Of a DNA stretch of 58,220 nucleotides, positions 11,181 through 22,779 are shown piece by piece (position 1 is the stretch's first letter; every line of letters starts with the position of its first letter). The stretch comes from Chiloscyllium plagiosum. Taxonomy: Eukaryota. The stretch lies in assembly GCF_004010195.1 (NCBI RefSeq), contig NC_057718.1, forward strand, positions 8,865,363 to 8,923,582, given 5' to 3'. Below the pieces are notes generated by a model. That model had not been told where the DNA came from and made no database searches. It worked only from the letters and a program-made list of their open reading frames with translations. A program made the position numbers and the translations under genes.

Positions 11181-12211
11181 ATGTTCCACCCAACCAGCTA
11201 CAGAAATTTCAGACACAATAACAGAAAATTACAAAGTGCCAGAAGTTAAAAGGATTTGCCCAACCAAGTCCAAATTAAAAACTTTTTCACAACATATTTA
11301 TTTTTAAATGTGCTGCTTGAAGGCTCTTAATGCAACATCAGCACATTTTCAGACCTCGCTCATTTTTGGCCCTCACCTTCTCCTAATTTGTTTGCATAAT
11401 TTGTATTTACATGGAGTGCTTAAATAGTAATCTGACTTACATTGTGATGTCTGGGTCAGGACAAGGGTACGTTTCATAAATATTAAATAGTCAGCATCAA
11501 TTCCCATTATCTTCTGCAGAACAGGGAGCTGAACGCCTCCTGAAGTGTCATTGTAGCTGATAATTAAGAAGGCCTCAACCACACTTAGCTCTTAACAATG
11601 TACCCCGTTAAGTCAAGCCACTGATGGCGAACTAATTGGATTCCATTTGGCCCTTCGTTCTGAGGTTTTAAGCATATCGTTCCACGTGGCTACTGGTTTG
11701 GGAGTGGGAGTGGACCCCTGGGAAGTTACCGCCTAAACTTGCAGAATGACAGCCGACAGCCAGAGGCGTTCCACACAGATTCCTGCACCGTCTAAAATTT
11801 GCCAGAAACGGATTGGGGAAATAAGTGAAGTTTTATAATCTTGCTAGGCGATTGATTCGCCCTCCCTTCAAGGTTCCTGTGGCTGCACTGTTGTGAAATA
11901 AACAAAATGAGGAATACCAGTCCACGGGTGAAAAAGCTGACACTTCACAAATTCTGAAGCTGCAAGCCTTTTGTCTCCTTGAAACATGATTCTGATGTTG
12001 CTTAGCAACAATATCAGTAACAGCTGGGACACCCTTGATCTTGTTGTGTAAACTATCCAATGTAGGTGAAGCAAGGTGAATCCATGGAAACGATAACAAT
12101 TGCATTAGGCATCTTAAAGGGATATCATAAAAACATGAAAAATATGAGCAGCAGGTGGCCATTCAGTCCTTCAAGCCCACCTGTCCATTCTATCCTATCA
12201 TGGCTGTTCTT

Positions 12212-12510
12212 TTAGATTAGATTCCCTACAGTGTGGAAACAGGCCCTTTGGCCCAACAAGTCCATACTGACCCTCCGAAGAGTAACCCACCCAGATCTAT
12301 TTCCCTCTGACTAATGCACCTAACACTATGGGCAATTTAGCACCGAACCTGCACATCTTTGGACTGTGGGAGGAAACCGGAGCACCCGAAGGAAACCCAT
12401 GCAGACACGCGGAGAATGTGCAAACTCCACACAGACAGTCACTGGAATTGAACCCAGCTCCCTGGTGCTGTGAGGCTGCAGTGCTAACCACTGAGCCATC
12501 ATGCCACCCC
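12212..12510 (-). mobile_element. HE1-type V-SINE inserted in a CR1 tail
   Basis: Full head, V-domain and tail on the minus strand. CR1 3'UTR on both sides (about 12130-12600). Confidence 0.9.
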
Positions 12511-12679
12511 TTTAACTCACTGTCTTATTCTCACTTTCTCCCCGTACTCCCTGACACCTTTAGAAGTCTTGAAATTTATCTATTTTCTTGAATGTACATT
12601 AAACCTTTTACTTTTCCCCCATCTATGGGAACCATGAATGTGCCGAATGATCAAATATTTCGGTAGAACAAAGACAAGA

Positions 12680-13435
12680 CTGATACAATAAAAAGTGGGG
12701 CCTTGAGCAGTGTTGGAGAATGGAGTGACCTAAGGGTTCAGGTACATAATTCCTCAAAGGTTGTGTCATATGTAGACAGGGTGGCGAAGCAAGTGTTCAG
12801 CACCCTTACCTTTATTGTTCAGACTTTTGAGTATAGGTGCTGGGATGTCATAGGGGTTAAGGTTGCACAGGACATTGGTGAGGCCTCTTCTGGAATACTG
12901 TGTCCAGTTCTGGTCGCCCTGTTATGGGAAGGATACTATTAAACTGGAGAGGGTTCAGAAGAGATTTACCAGGATGTTGCTGGGAATGGAGGGTTTGAGT
13001 TATAAGGAGAGGCAGGATAGGCTGGGACTTCTTTCACTTGAGCGTAGGAGGTTGAGGGGTGACCTAATAAAAGTTTATAAAATAGTGAGGTGCAGAGATA
13101 AGGTGAATGGCAGGTGTCTTTTCCCCTGGATGGAAGATTTCAAGACTAGGGGGCATATTTTTAAGGTGAGAGGAGAAAGATTTAAAAGACACATGAGGAT
13201 CAATTGTTTTACACACAGAGTAGTTCATGTGTGGAATGAACTTCCAGAGGAAGTGATGGATGTGGGTACAGTTACAATGTTTAAAAGACATTCAGATAAG
13301 CACATGAATAAGAAATGTTTGGAGGGATATGGGCCAAGTGCAGGCAGGTGGAATGAGTTTAGTTTGGGACTATGGTCGCCTGGGCTGGTTGGAGCAAATG
13401 GTCTGTTTCTGCGCTGTATAACTCTGTGACTGTGA
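12680..13435 (+). mobile_element. CR1 (HER1-like) LINE ORF2 3' end
   Basis: ORF 12863-13429: RTLVRPLLEYCVQFWSP...LERRRLRGDLIKVYKI...WNELPEEV, the CR1 ORF2 C-terminus. Confidence 0.92.
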
Positions 13436-14344
13436 CAGTATTCCAGATAATCAAGAGGTCCACATAATGTAAAAATGCACACAAAGTAATGGAAATGTAC
13501 TGCAAGGGGTATACACATCACTGTTATACTATATTTGCAGCATATATCACTTAAATAAGAATGCAACTTTGCCTTAAATAAAACTTACTGACAGAGAGCC
13601 TTCTCACTCGCACCCTGAGCTGACTACTCAGGCGTCATTGTACATGAGTAGAAATTGACTCGAAATTGAATCAACTGTTGCTATTTCACGAGGCCATTTG
13701 ATTGAACAACAAGTTTGTTTATATTGAGGTAAATAAAATAAAGCCCTATAATAATTGGACAGGATAAACAGTGAAATTCACGATATTTCAGACATATAAT
13801 TTTTGCTAGTCTATGCAGAGTGCTGGATAAAACAAAGTTTGATGTATTTAATGGCTTGGACTCCACTGACAGAGAATTCAGTAAGTTTACTTCCTACTGA
13901 GTGAAGGATTTTTTTCCCCTCATCTCAGTCCTGGGTTTTTATTGAATACAAATTCCACCAACTGTAGGCTGAGATGTGATCCCAATGGATGTTAGTTGAC
14001 CTTCTGGATTAATAGTCTAGCAATAATACCACTGGGCTACCATCTCCTCCTCAGCTTAAATCATGTTATCTGTGTTGATAACACACAGGATTCTTTGATT
14101 GTCTTTATTGCTAACTTAAACCCACTTTTTATGACCTGTGTGATCCATCCTAACTCTAGCCTCCTCTGTGAATACACAGGCTTCAATGTCTTTTAAAATT
14201 TATTCATCCAAGTGGGTATTGTAGGCCAGGCTAATATTTATTATTTGTCTCTGTTTCCAACAGGTCATTTGCTGTGGGTCTGGAGTCACATGTAGGCCAG
14301 ACCTCGTAAGGATGACAGATTTCCTTACCTAAAGGGCACTAGTG

Positions 14345-15236
14345 GCCTCCCACGTGGTTAAAGATCCCTCCAACGCATCTCGTCCACATCCCGCACCTCC
14401 ACCCTCAGACCCAACCCCTCCAACCGTAACAAGGACAGAACGCCCCTGGTGCTCACCTTCCACCCTACAAACCTCCGCATAAACCAAATCATCCGCCNNN
14501 NNNNNNNNNNNNNNNNNNNNNNNNNNNNNNNNNNNNNNNNNNNNNNNNNNNNNNNNNNNNNNNNNNNNNNNNNNNNNNNNNNNNNNNNNNNNNNNNNNNN
14601 NNNNNNNNNNNNNNNNNNNNNNNNNNNNNNNNNNNNNNNNNNNNNNNNNNNNNNNNNNNNNNNNNNNNNNNNNNNNNNNNNNNNNNNNNNNNNNNNNNNN
14701 NNNNNNNNNNNNNNNNNNNNNNNNNNNNNNNNNNNNNNNNNNNNNNNNNNNNNNNNNNNNNNNNNNNNNNNNNNNNNNNNNNNNNNNNNNNNNNNNNNNN
14801 NNNNNNNNNNNNNNNNNNNNNNNNNNNNNNNNNNNNNNNNNNNNNNNNNNNNNNNNNNNNNNNNNNNNNNNNNNNNNNNNNNNNNNNNNNNNNNNNNNNN
14901 NNNNNNNNNNNNNNNNNNNNNNTGTGGGCACAGGTTTTACAGTTCCTGCGGTGGCAGGGGAAAATGCCAGGATGGGAGGGTGACCCTCTCCTCCCTGACC
15001 TATCACCTTCATCTCCTCCCCCACTCACCTATTGTACTCTATGCTACTTTCTCCCCACCCCCACCCTTCTCTAGCTTATCTCTCCACGCTTCAGGCTCCC
15101 TGCTTTTATTCCTGATGAAGGGCTTTTGCCCGAAACGTCGATTTTGCTGCTCGTCGGATGCTGCCTGAATTGCTGTGCTCTTCCAGCACCACTAATCCAG
15201 AATCTGGTTTCCAGCATCTGCAGTCATTGTTTTTAC
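14345..15236 (+). mobile_element. Penelope-like retroelement fragment: RT C-terminal region, inverted Cys-linker segment, and 3'UTR/terminal repeat with hammerhead; spans an N-gap
   Basis: + frame NRNKDRTPLVLTFHPTNLRINQIIR. Minus 14980-14923 PSHPGIFPCHRRNCKTCAH (RT-endonuclease linker C-x4-C-x2-C). + strand CTGATGA-A-GGGC-TTTT-GCCC-GAAA-CG-TC at 15112-15139. Confidence 0.85.
14498..14922. other. Assembly gap (425 N)
   Basis: Run of N. Confidence 1.
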
Positions 15237-15374
15237 CACCGAGGTTATACAACAGTTGGCAGTAGTTGCATGGTCAACTTGAAGTGGTACTTTTTTAAAA
15301 TTGATTTGTATTGAATTCAAATTTTACCATCTGCCATGGTGGAATTTAAACCATGTGCCCAGAATGGATCCTGA

Positions 15375-15488
15375 ACACTTTCTGAGGAAGGGTTACCGGA
15401 CCCGAAATGTTATCTCTGATTTCTCTCCACAGATTCTGCCAGACCTGCTTTCCAGCGTTGCCAGCAAATTCTGTTTCTGTTTCTCAGA
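15375..15488 (+). mobile_element. PLE terminal fragment (family B) with hammerhead-like core
   Basis: CTGAGGA-A-GGGTT-ACCG-GACCC-GAAA-TG-TT at 15382-15411, then tctctccacagattctgccagacctgct. Confidence 0.7.
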
Positions 15489-15559
15489 AGGTTAGCCTGG
15501 GGTTTGAGCTTACTGGTCCATTGATGTTACCATTCCAGCATCGCCTCTGTCTAATTATA

Positions 15560-15870
15560 CTCAGTTACCTGTTTGCGTAGCTACCTGACCGTTATAAAAT
15601 CTGATAAAATTAAATGAAACTGGACAGACCACATGGCATCCACCAAGGCACCAGAAATAACAATGGCAACACACAGCCCTACTGACTCTTGGTGACATCT
15701 GGGGGCTACTATCAAAATTGGGAGCGCTGTATTGCTGACTAACCAAGCAACAGCATGACATTGCCATACTCAATATATCATACCTTAGAAACAATGTCCT
15801 AGACACAACCATCACCATCCTTCAGTATGTCATATCGAACCTTGGGAATCCTCAACAGTAATTCTCAGCC
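15560..15870 (+). mobile_element. Old CR1/L2-group LINE endonuclease-region fragment
   Basis: catctgggggctactatcaaaattgggagcgctg...aagcaacagcatgacattgccatactc. A similar region lies at 18050-18360. Confidence 0.4.
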
Positions 15871-15893
15871 CCAGAAAAATATAATATTTGTTG

Positions 15894-16676
15894 TGTTATG
15901 AAGTTGAAAGCGTGTATTGTACCTTTAAGAGAGACAGAATGTTGTTCTGAACTGAGAGATTACAAGTACCTGTGTACATGACTAGATGGCAGTTCCAGAG
16001 CATACTAGAAAATTGAAAATATGTAACATTTGGCTGTGAAATGGATACCTGAGTTTAGGTTGCTGTTTTGACAACAATTCGCATTTAACCAATCAGGTTA
16101 AGTTATGCCCCAAGATACTAAAACCCAATTTGAATTTATTATTTTGTCAACATTGAACCAATAAAACGATCTGATGTTGGGGGATGGGGTATAAGGATGT
16201 GGGCATTTTGAAAATTGCTCAGAGAATAATTGCCATAGCGAGCGAATCTCCGGGAGGGCTAATTGCCCATCTAACATCTTGCTCTCAAATAAATTAGAAA
16301 ACACTCTGTATCAAAGGGATCTTTTCATGTGAAACATACTTGCAGTGAAAAGAAAGAAGACGACCCAGGGAGATTATCAGCCGGAAGACAACAGAGGGTG
16401 TGTGGTTTTAAAATTAAGTTCATGAAATTTTAAAGTGTTTTATTGGAACAGCATATTGTCATAGAGCTGGAAGCAGATAGTGAACAGTTAAGAGAAAGGG
16501 GGACTTAGATTTGTGAATAGTTTTTGCTTAATGTTCAAAAACAAATTGATGTTACTTTCTTTAAGTAGTGGAATCTGGGAGTTCTCTGTCACTAATATTT
16601 TAACAGATTATAAGACAAGGTAAGCTTTTCTGGATGTTTGGTTTAATTAATAAGAAGGATTCGCCTCCATGGAACA
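15894..16676 (+). mobile_element. Probable solo LTR
   Basis: Begins TGTTATG and ends ...GGAACA, with internal CCAAT boxes and a TATAA. No clear TSD. Confidence 0.45.
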
Positions 16677-16730
16677 ATTTAAAGGGGAACTGAATACAAA
16701 AGTGGGGTGCTTATTATTTAGTTATAAATT

Positions 16731-16967
16731 ATAGAATCCCAACACTGTGAATGCAGGCCAGTTGGACTGTTGAGTCCATACCAATCCTCCAAAGAGCATC
16801 CCACCCAGAACCACCCTATCCCCCTGCATTTCACATGGACATCTCTGGGAGGAAACCCACAGAAACACAGGGAGAATGTGCAAACTCCACACAGACTAAA
16901 GCTGGAATCAAACCTGGGTGCCTGGTGAGGTGAGAGAGCAGCGGTAACCACTGAGCCACCGTGCTGC
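16731..16967 (-). mobile_element. HE1-type V-SINE
   Basis: Head and partial V-domain on the minus strand. Confidence 0.8.
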
Positions 16968-16974
16968 TTAATAA

Positions 16975-17215
16975 ACGATGAGATCACAACTGGAGTAGTC
17001 TATACTGGATTGGTTTCCTTATTAAGGAGGGATGTAATCGTGATGGAGGCATTTCAGAGAAGTTTCCTTACACTAAGACCAGAAATGAGTGAGTGGTCAG
17101 ATGGGGAAAAATTGGACAGGCTCAGCTTGTATCTGCTGAAGATTGGAAGGGTAAGGGGTGGCTTGGTTAAAACATAAAGGATCATGAAGGGGAGGATATA
17201 GAGAAGGTATTTCCT
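16975..17215 (+). mobile_element. Old CR1 ORF2 fragment
   Basis: caactggagtag...aggagggatgtaatcgtgatggaggcatttcagagaag...ggggtggcttggttaaaacata. Confidence 0.55.
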
Positions 17216-17442
17216 TTTAAATGCAGCTAGGAGTAATACCCCCCCAGTGTTTTGTTTCCATGCATTTACTCTCAGCAGAGCTGACTCACTTTCTACTATT
17301 CACAACTTCAATTAACACCTATTTTTCAACCATATCCCTCCTCTATTAGCACTCCCTTTGTCTTTCGCCTCTGGGCACCCTCACCATCTGTTCCAATTGC
17401 TCATTCTCCTCTCCCTTTACCAACAACATAAAAACCAGTATT

Positions 17443-17704
17443 AGGTGGGAGGGGTGGGGGCTTGCTGGGTCTGTATTGTCTGTACTTTTGTATGTAACGG
17501 TATTGTCTAATGTACAAATGTCATTGTCACTGTCTTGTCATATGTGGAACTGGGATTTGAGGTTTGTCCTCATCTCCCTGTAAAATGGTTGAACGGTAGG
17601 GTTTGGGGCCTAGCTTTGCTGCTCCTCTCCCTTGTAAAATTGCTGTCTCTTGTGTACAGCTGTAAATGTTTTTTGTAAACTGTTTGTAATTTGTTTAATA
17701 AAAT
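17443..17704 (+). mobile_element. 262-bp retroposed insert (L1/Tx1-type 3' end or mRNA 3'UTR retrocopy) with 15-bp TSD
   Basis: Exact TSD ATAAAAACCAGTATT at 17428-17442 and 17705-17719. The insert is GT/T-rich and ends in AATAAA-at. Confidence 0.7.
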
Positions 17705-19060
17705 ATAAAAACCAGTATTTTCCAGTCCCTTCCAGATCCGACACACTCAGGTGAACTTTGCTCCTCTCTCTCCACTGATATTGCTGGATTATCCACTTTG
17801 TTGAAACACGAGTAAGGCACCGATGAAGTAAAACCAAAATTCCCTCATGAGGGTTGTAAATCTTTGGAACTCCCTTCCTCAAAAGCCAGTGGAGACGGAG
17901 TCCTTGTTTATTTCTCAAGCTAGACGAACACCTTCTTGGTAAGTAAGGGAACGGCAGGTTAACCGGAGCTGGGGGGAGGTAGGAATGTGAAGTAAACAGA
18001 TCAGCCATGACCTGCTAAATGACAGGCTCACGGGTCGAGTGGCCACTCCCACTGCCAGCTTGCCTGCTTGGATGTTGTATTGGTATTGGGTCTACCAAAC
18101 ACTGCCATCAGTTGGTGGTTCAGTGCTCCTCCATATTGAACAGCACTTGGAGCACTCACTGAGGGTAGCAAGGGGAAAGAAAGCACTCTGGGTGTGGGAT
18201 TTTAATAGCATCACTATAAAGCAATAAGCTGAGTTCTAAGGGGCTAATGCTGCTAGACAATATCTGTGGCAGGTGGTGAGGGAAGCAACAAGAGGGAAAA
18301 ACATACTTAACCTCATCCTTTACCAATCTGCTGGCTGCAGTATTGATAAGATTGGCCACTGCATAGTCATTGAATCATAGAGTCATAAAGCATGGAAGCA
18401 GACCCTTCAGCCCAACTCATCCATGCTGACCAGGTTTCCCAAACTAAACTAGTCCTATTTGCCTGAGTTTGGCCTATATCCCTCCAAACCTTTCCTATTG
18501 ATATACCTGTCCAAATATCTTTTAAATGTTGTAACTGCACCTTCATCTACCACTTCCTCTGGTGGTACCATCAGTATATGCACCACCCTCTCTGTGAAAG
18601 AGTTGTCCTCAGGTGCCTTTTAAATCTTTCCCTTCTGACCCTAAACCTATGTTCTCGAGTTTTGAATTCCTCTAACTAAAGGAAAGACCATTTCTATTCA
18701 CCTTCTTTATTCCCCACTTGTTTTTATAAACCTCTATAAAGTCACTCCTCAACTTCCTATACTCTAAGGAAAAAGGTCCCAGCCAATCCAGCCTCTTGAT
18801 AGAACAACAACCCTCTAGTTCCTTGTGAACCTTTTCTGCACCCTGTCCAACTTAATATTATCCTTCATATAGCAGGGTGACCAGAAATGTGTGCAATACT
18901 CCAAATGTAGCCTCACCAATGTCCTGTACAGCCACATCATGACGTTCCAACTTCTGCACTCAATGCATTGACCAATCAAGACATGCATACCAAATGCCTT
19001 CTTACCTCCTTGTCTACCTATGATGCCACTTTCAAGGAACTATGTACCTGTACCTCTAGG

Positions 19061-19278
19061 AGAAAGTGAGGTCTGCAGATGCTGGAGATCAAAGTTGAAA
19101 CTTTATTGCTGGAACAGCACAGCAGGTCAGGCAGCATCCAGGGAACAGGAGATTCGACGTTTCGGGCACAGGCCCTTCTTCAGGAATTCCTGAAGAAGGG
19201 CCTGTGCCCGAAACGTCGAATCTCCTGTTCCCTGGATGCTGCCTGACCTGCTGTGCTGTTCCAGCAATAAAGTTTCAA
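19061..19278. mobile_element. Fold-back PLE mini-element (family A), perfect palindrome, 14-bp TSD
   Basis: TSD CCTGTACCTCTAGG at 19047-19060 and 19279-19292. Perfect inverted repeat 19094-19279 centred on GGAATTCC. Confidence 0.92.
19186..19221 (+). ncRNA. Minimal type-I hammerhead ribozyme motif (identical mirror copy on the minus strand)
   Basis: Stem I AUUC/GAAU; core CUGAAGA (19190-19196) plus an extra A; stem II GGGC-CUGU-GCCC; GAAA; palindromic ACGU helix III; predicted GUC cleavage after 19217. Activity not shown. Confidence 0.75.
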
Positions 19279-19452
19279 CCTGTACCTCTAGGTCCTTCTG
19301 TTCAACAGCATTCCTCATGGGCCTACCATGAGCTGTGCAAGTCATGCCCTGGTTTGCCTTTACTGAAATGCAGCACCTTACATTAAATTAAATTAAACTC
19401 CATCTGCCACTCCTCAGACCACCGACCCATCTGGTCAAGATCCCATTGTACT

Positions 19453-19697
19453 AGGGGAGATGTCAGAGATAGGTTCTTTACACAGAGAGTGGTGGGTGTG
19501 TGGAATGCACTGCCATCAATGGTAGTAGAGTCAGATACATTAGGGACATTTAAGCCACTCTTGGATAGGCACATGGATGATAGTATCATGTAGGGAATGT
19601 AGGTTAGTTTGATCTTAGAGTAGGATAAAAGGGTTGGCACAACATTGAGGGCTGAAGGGCCTATACTGTACTGTACTCTTCTATGTTCTATGCTCTA
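19453..19697 (+). mobile_element. Short CR1 3'-end insertion
   Basis: ttctttacacagagagtggtgggtgtgtggaatgcactgcc...(ctatgtt)n-like tail; flanked by tgtact on both sides. Confidence 0.75.
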
Positions 19698-20329
19698 TGT
19701 ACTCTTAGATACTCTTCACTGTCCACTATAACACCAATTTTGGTGTCATCTGCACATTTAAAACCATGCTTCCAAGATTCACATCGAAACCATTTATAAA
19801 ATTGACGAACAACAGTGGACCTAGCATCAATCACTGTGGAACACTGCTGGTCACAGGGCTCTGGTTCAAAAAACATCTCTCTACCACCACCCTCTGTTTC
19901 CTACCATCAAGCCAATTTTGTGTTGAATTGGCTAGCTCTCCTGGATCCCATGTGACCTAACTTTGCTAACCACTCTATCATGCGGACTTTTGACGGAGGC
20001 CTTGCTGAAGTCTATGCAGACAATGTCTACTGTCCTGTCCTCATCTATCTTCTTGGTCAGATCCTCAAAAAAACAATCAAGTTAAGAGGCACGCTTTCTC
20101 ACATGTGAAGCCATGCTGACAATCCCTAATCAGTTCTCACCTCTCCAAAAGCATGTAAATCCTGTCTCTCAGAATTCCTTTCAACAACGTACGCACCACT
20201 AAATGCCAGACCCACTGGTTTCTTGTTACTGGGCTTTTTTTGTAGCCTTTCCTCAATAAATGCACAACTTTAACCTTCCTCTGGGTTTCTGGCGCCTCAC
20301 CTATGGCTGTAGATGATAGAAATTTCCAC

Positions 20330-21950
20330 CGGGGGTAGCTATCTGAGAAGATGGAAAATGACAAGGTCTGTCGTGTATACAAAACAAAGCACAAGTCCAA
20401 CCCAGCCAATTACTGCCCCCTCAGTCTACCCTCAATCATCGGTAAAGTGATAGAAGGGTCATCAATAGTGCTGTCAAGCAGCATCTGCTCAGCAATAGCC
20501 TGTTCAGTGCCATCCACTTTGACAGCCACTCAGCTCCTGACCTCATCCCAGCCTTGGTTCAAACACGGACAAACAAGCTGAATTCCAGAGGGGAGGGGAG
20601 GGGAGAGTGACAGCCGTTGACATCAAGGCTGCATTCAACCAAGTGGCATCAAGGAGCCCTAGCAAAACTGGATTCAATGGGTATCGGGGGATGAACTCTC
20701 TGGTGGTTGGAGTCAGACCTGGCACATAGGAAGATGGTCGTGGTTATTGGAGGTCAGTCATCTCAACCCCAGGATATCCCTGCAGGAGTTCCTCAGGGTA
20801 GTGTCCTCGGCCCAAGAATTTTCAGCTACTTCATCAATGACCTTCCCTTCATCATGAGGTCAGAAGTGGAGATGTTCACGGATGATTGCACAATGTTCAG
20901 CACCATTCACAACTTCTCAGATACTGAAGTAGTCCATGTCCAAATGGAGAAGACCATGACAGCATATGGGCTTAGGCAAAGAAATGACAAGTAAGGATTG
21001 TGCTGCACAAGTGCCAGGCAATGACCATTTTCATCAAGAGAAAATCTAACTGTTTCCTTCTGACCTTCAATGATGTTACGTCATTGAATTGCCCACCACC
21101 AACATCCTGGGGGCTAGCATTAACCAGGAATTGAACCAGGAATATGAATGGAATGGCCACAAGACAAGAGGCTGAAAATTTCATAATGTGTAACTCACCT
21201 CCTGACTCCCCAAATCCTGTCCACTATTGACAAGGCATAAGCCAGTAGTGCAATGGAATATTTTCTAGTTTATTGGATAAGTGCAGCTCCAACAACACTC
21301 AAGGCGCTCAACACTATCCCAAACAAAGCAAACTACTTGATCGGCACCCCATCCACCACCTTAAACAGTCACTCCCTCCAGCAGTGGGTGCCATCTATGT
21401 GGTTCACTGCAACAACTCACCAAGGCTCTTTAGACAGTGTCTTCAAAACACATGATCACTTCATCTAGAAGGGTAGCTGAATATGTTGTTGTGTCACCAT
21501 AGCCTTACCAGACCATAGGGGCTGCTCTCTCATTAGAGAGAAGTGACTGGAGGTGATTTAACCTGAGGGCCACCTGACTTCAGGTGAGGGAAGAGGTTGA
21601 GAAGAGGAGTCCTTCATGGTAATCTCAAACCGGTGAAGGGAATTGAACCCACGCTGTTGGTATCACACTGTTCTGCAAACTGACTGACTAAATCCAGTCA
21701 ACTGGGCTAAACCAATTCTCCTGGAAGGAGAAGGGCAGCATATACATGGGAGCAGCACCACCTCCAAAGCACTCACCATTCTGACTTGGAAATCTCTCGC
21801 CGTTCCACTCTCCGTGTCTCTGCACACCGTTGACCACAGGGCTCAAGAAACTAGTTCACTGCTACCACCACCTCCAGGAGAATTCACGTTGGAACTAACC
21901 CTGGCATATCCAGCATCACCACATCCCCATGAGTGAATTTAAAAGAAATT
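20330..21950 (+). mobile_element. CR1/L2-group LINE (distinct from the HER1-like CR1), RT domain to 3' end
   Basis: KSNPANYCPLSL...GVPQGSVLGPRIFSYFINDLP...MFTDDC, with frameshifts. Tail ...cacatccccatgagtgaattt. Split by a SINE at 21485-21720. Confidence 0.85.
21485..21720 (-). mobile_element. tRNA-derived SINE (family unassigned)
   Basis: Minus strand ggtttagcccagttg (A box)...gtgggttcaattccc (B box)...cctcaggttaaatcacc...atggtctggtaaggctatggtgac. Confidence 0.65.
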
Positions 21951-22404
21951 CAGTGAAGAGCAACATTTAACAATTCATTCATTATCTGTGAACACATCTG
22001 TTCCTTGATTTTTCTTTCAATGAAACAACATAACTTCAGGTGCCCCAAGGCTTCTGAAATACCGAAACCGAATATTTTAACAGGATTATGGATTTTCTTT
22101 CATTGGTGGTAATCTTTACTTTATGTCATTGTGTTCAAGAAATTCCCAGAATCAAGAGTTTGATTCTGGTGCGTTTTCTTTAAAATGCTCAGCAATGTAA
22201 CTGGGCTCAATATGACACTTAAATAGGCCGAATGTTTAAAGTAAATGCAATTTTCAGCAGTTAGTTTATCTCCTTTGTATCCTATCTTGCACCATGTCCT
22301 GTTTACCCATCATCCCTTGAGTTCGCTAACCTTGCAAATTTATTTATTGCCTTGGGGGATGTAGGTATCACCTGCTGGCCAGCATTTATTGACCATTCCT
22401 AGTT

Positions 22405-22592
22405 CAGAGGTCACACGACACCAGGTTACAGTCCAGCAGGTTTATTTGAAATCACAAGCTTTCAGAGCCCGACGAATGAGCAGCACTACAGAAGCTTGTG
22501 ACTGATTTCAAATACACCTGTTGGACTATAACCTGATTGCCGCATGACCTCTGACCTTGTCCACCCCAGTCCAACACTGGCACCTCCACATC
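22405..22592. mobile_element. Fold-back PLE mini-element (family C) inserted in a LINE tail (about 22350-22690, minus)
   Basis: Inverted arms caggttacagtccagcaggtttatttgaaatc / gatttcaaatacacctgttggactataacctg. Near-TSD ttcctagtt / ttcctcagtt. Confidence 0.7.
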
Positions 22593-22779
22593 TTCCTCAG
22601 TTGCCCTTGAGAGAGTGCTGGCGAGCTGCTGCTGCAGTCCACATGCCATTGGTTGACCCACAATGCCCTTCAGGAGGGAATTCCAGGCTGAGAGACATTA
22701 AAAATCCTTGTCTTTGTTTTCAGTTCTGTCTAAGGCTTAGCTCTCCCTGTGTGGCAGCTTTCATATTTACAGCATTCCA

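Larger units (their letters stand above)
14195..15545 (-). mobile_element. tRNA-derived SINE split by two PLE insertions
   Basis: SINE pieces at about 14195-14344, 15237-15366 and 15490-15545 are collinear with the intact copy at 54215-54552. Confidence 0.55.
18365..20330 (-). mobile_element. CR1 LINE ORF2 RT-to-3' end, decayed, with two nested insertions
   Basis: Minus peptides ADDTKIGVIVDSEE and DLDQMGRWSEEWQMEFN; tail near 18365. Insertions at 19061-19278 and about 19453-19697. Confidence 0.88.

Noticed and set aside
14329..15168. Long ORFs of 179-239 aa
   Set aside because: Their length comes from reading through 425 N.
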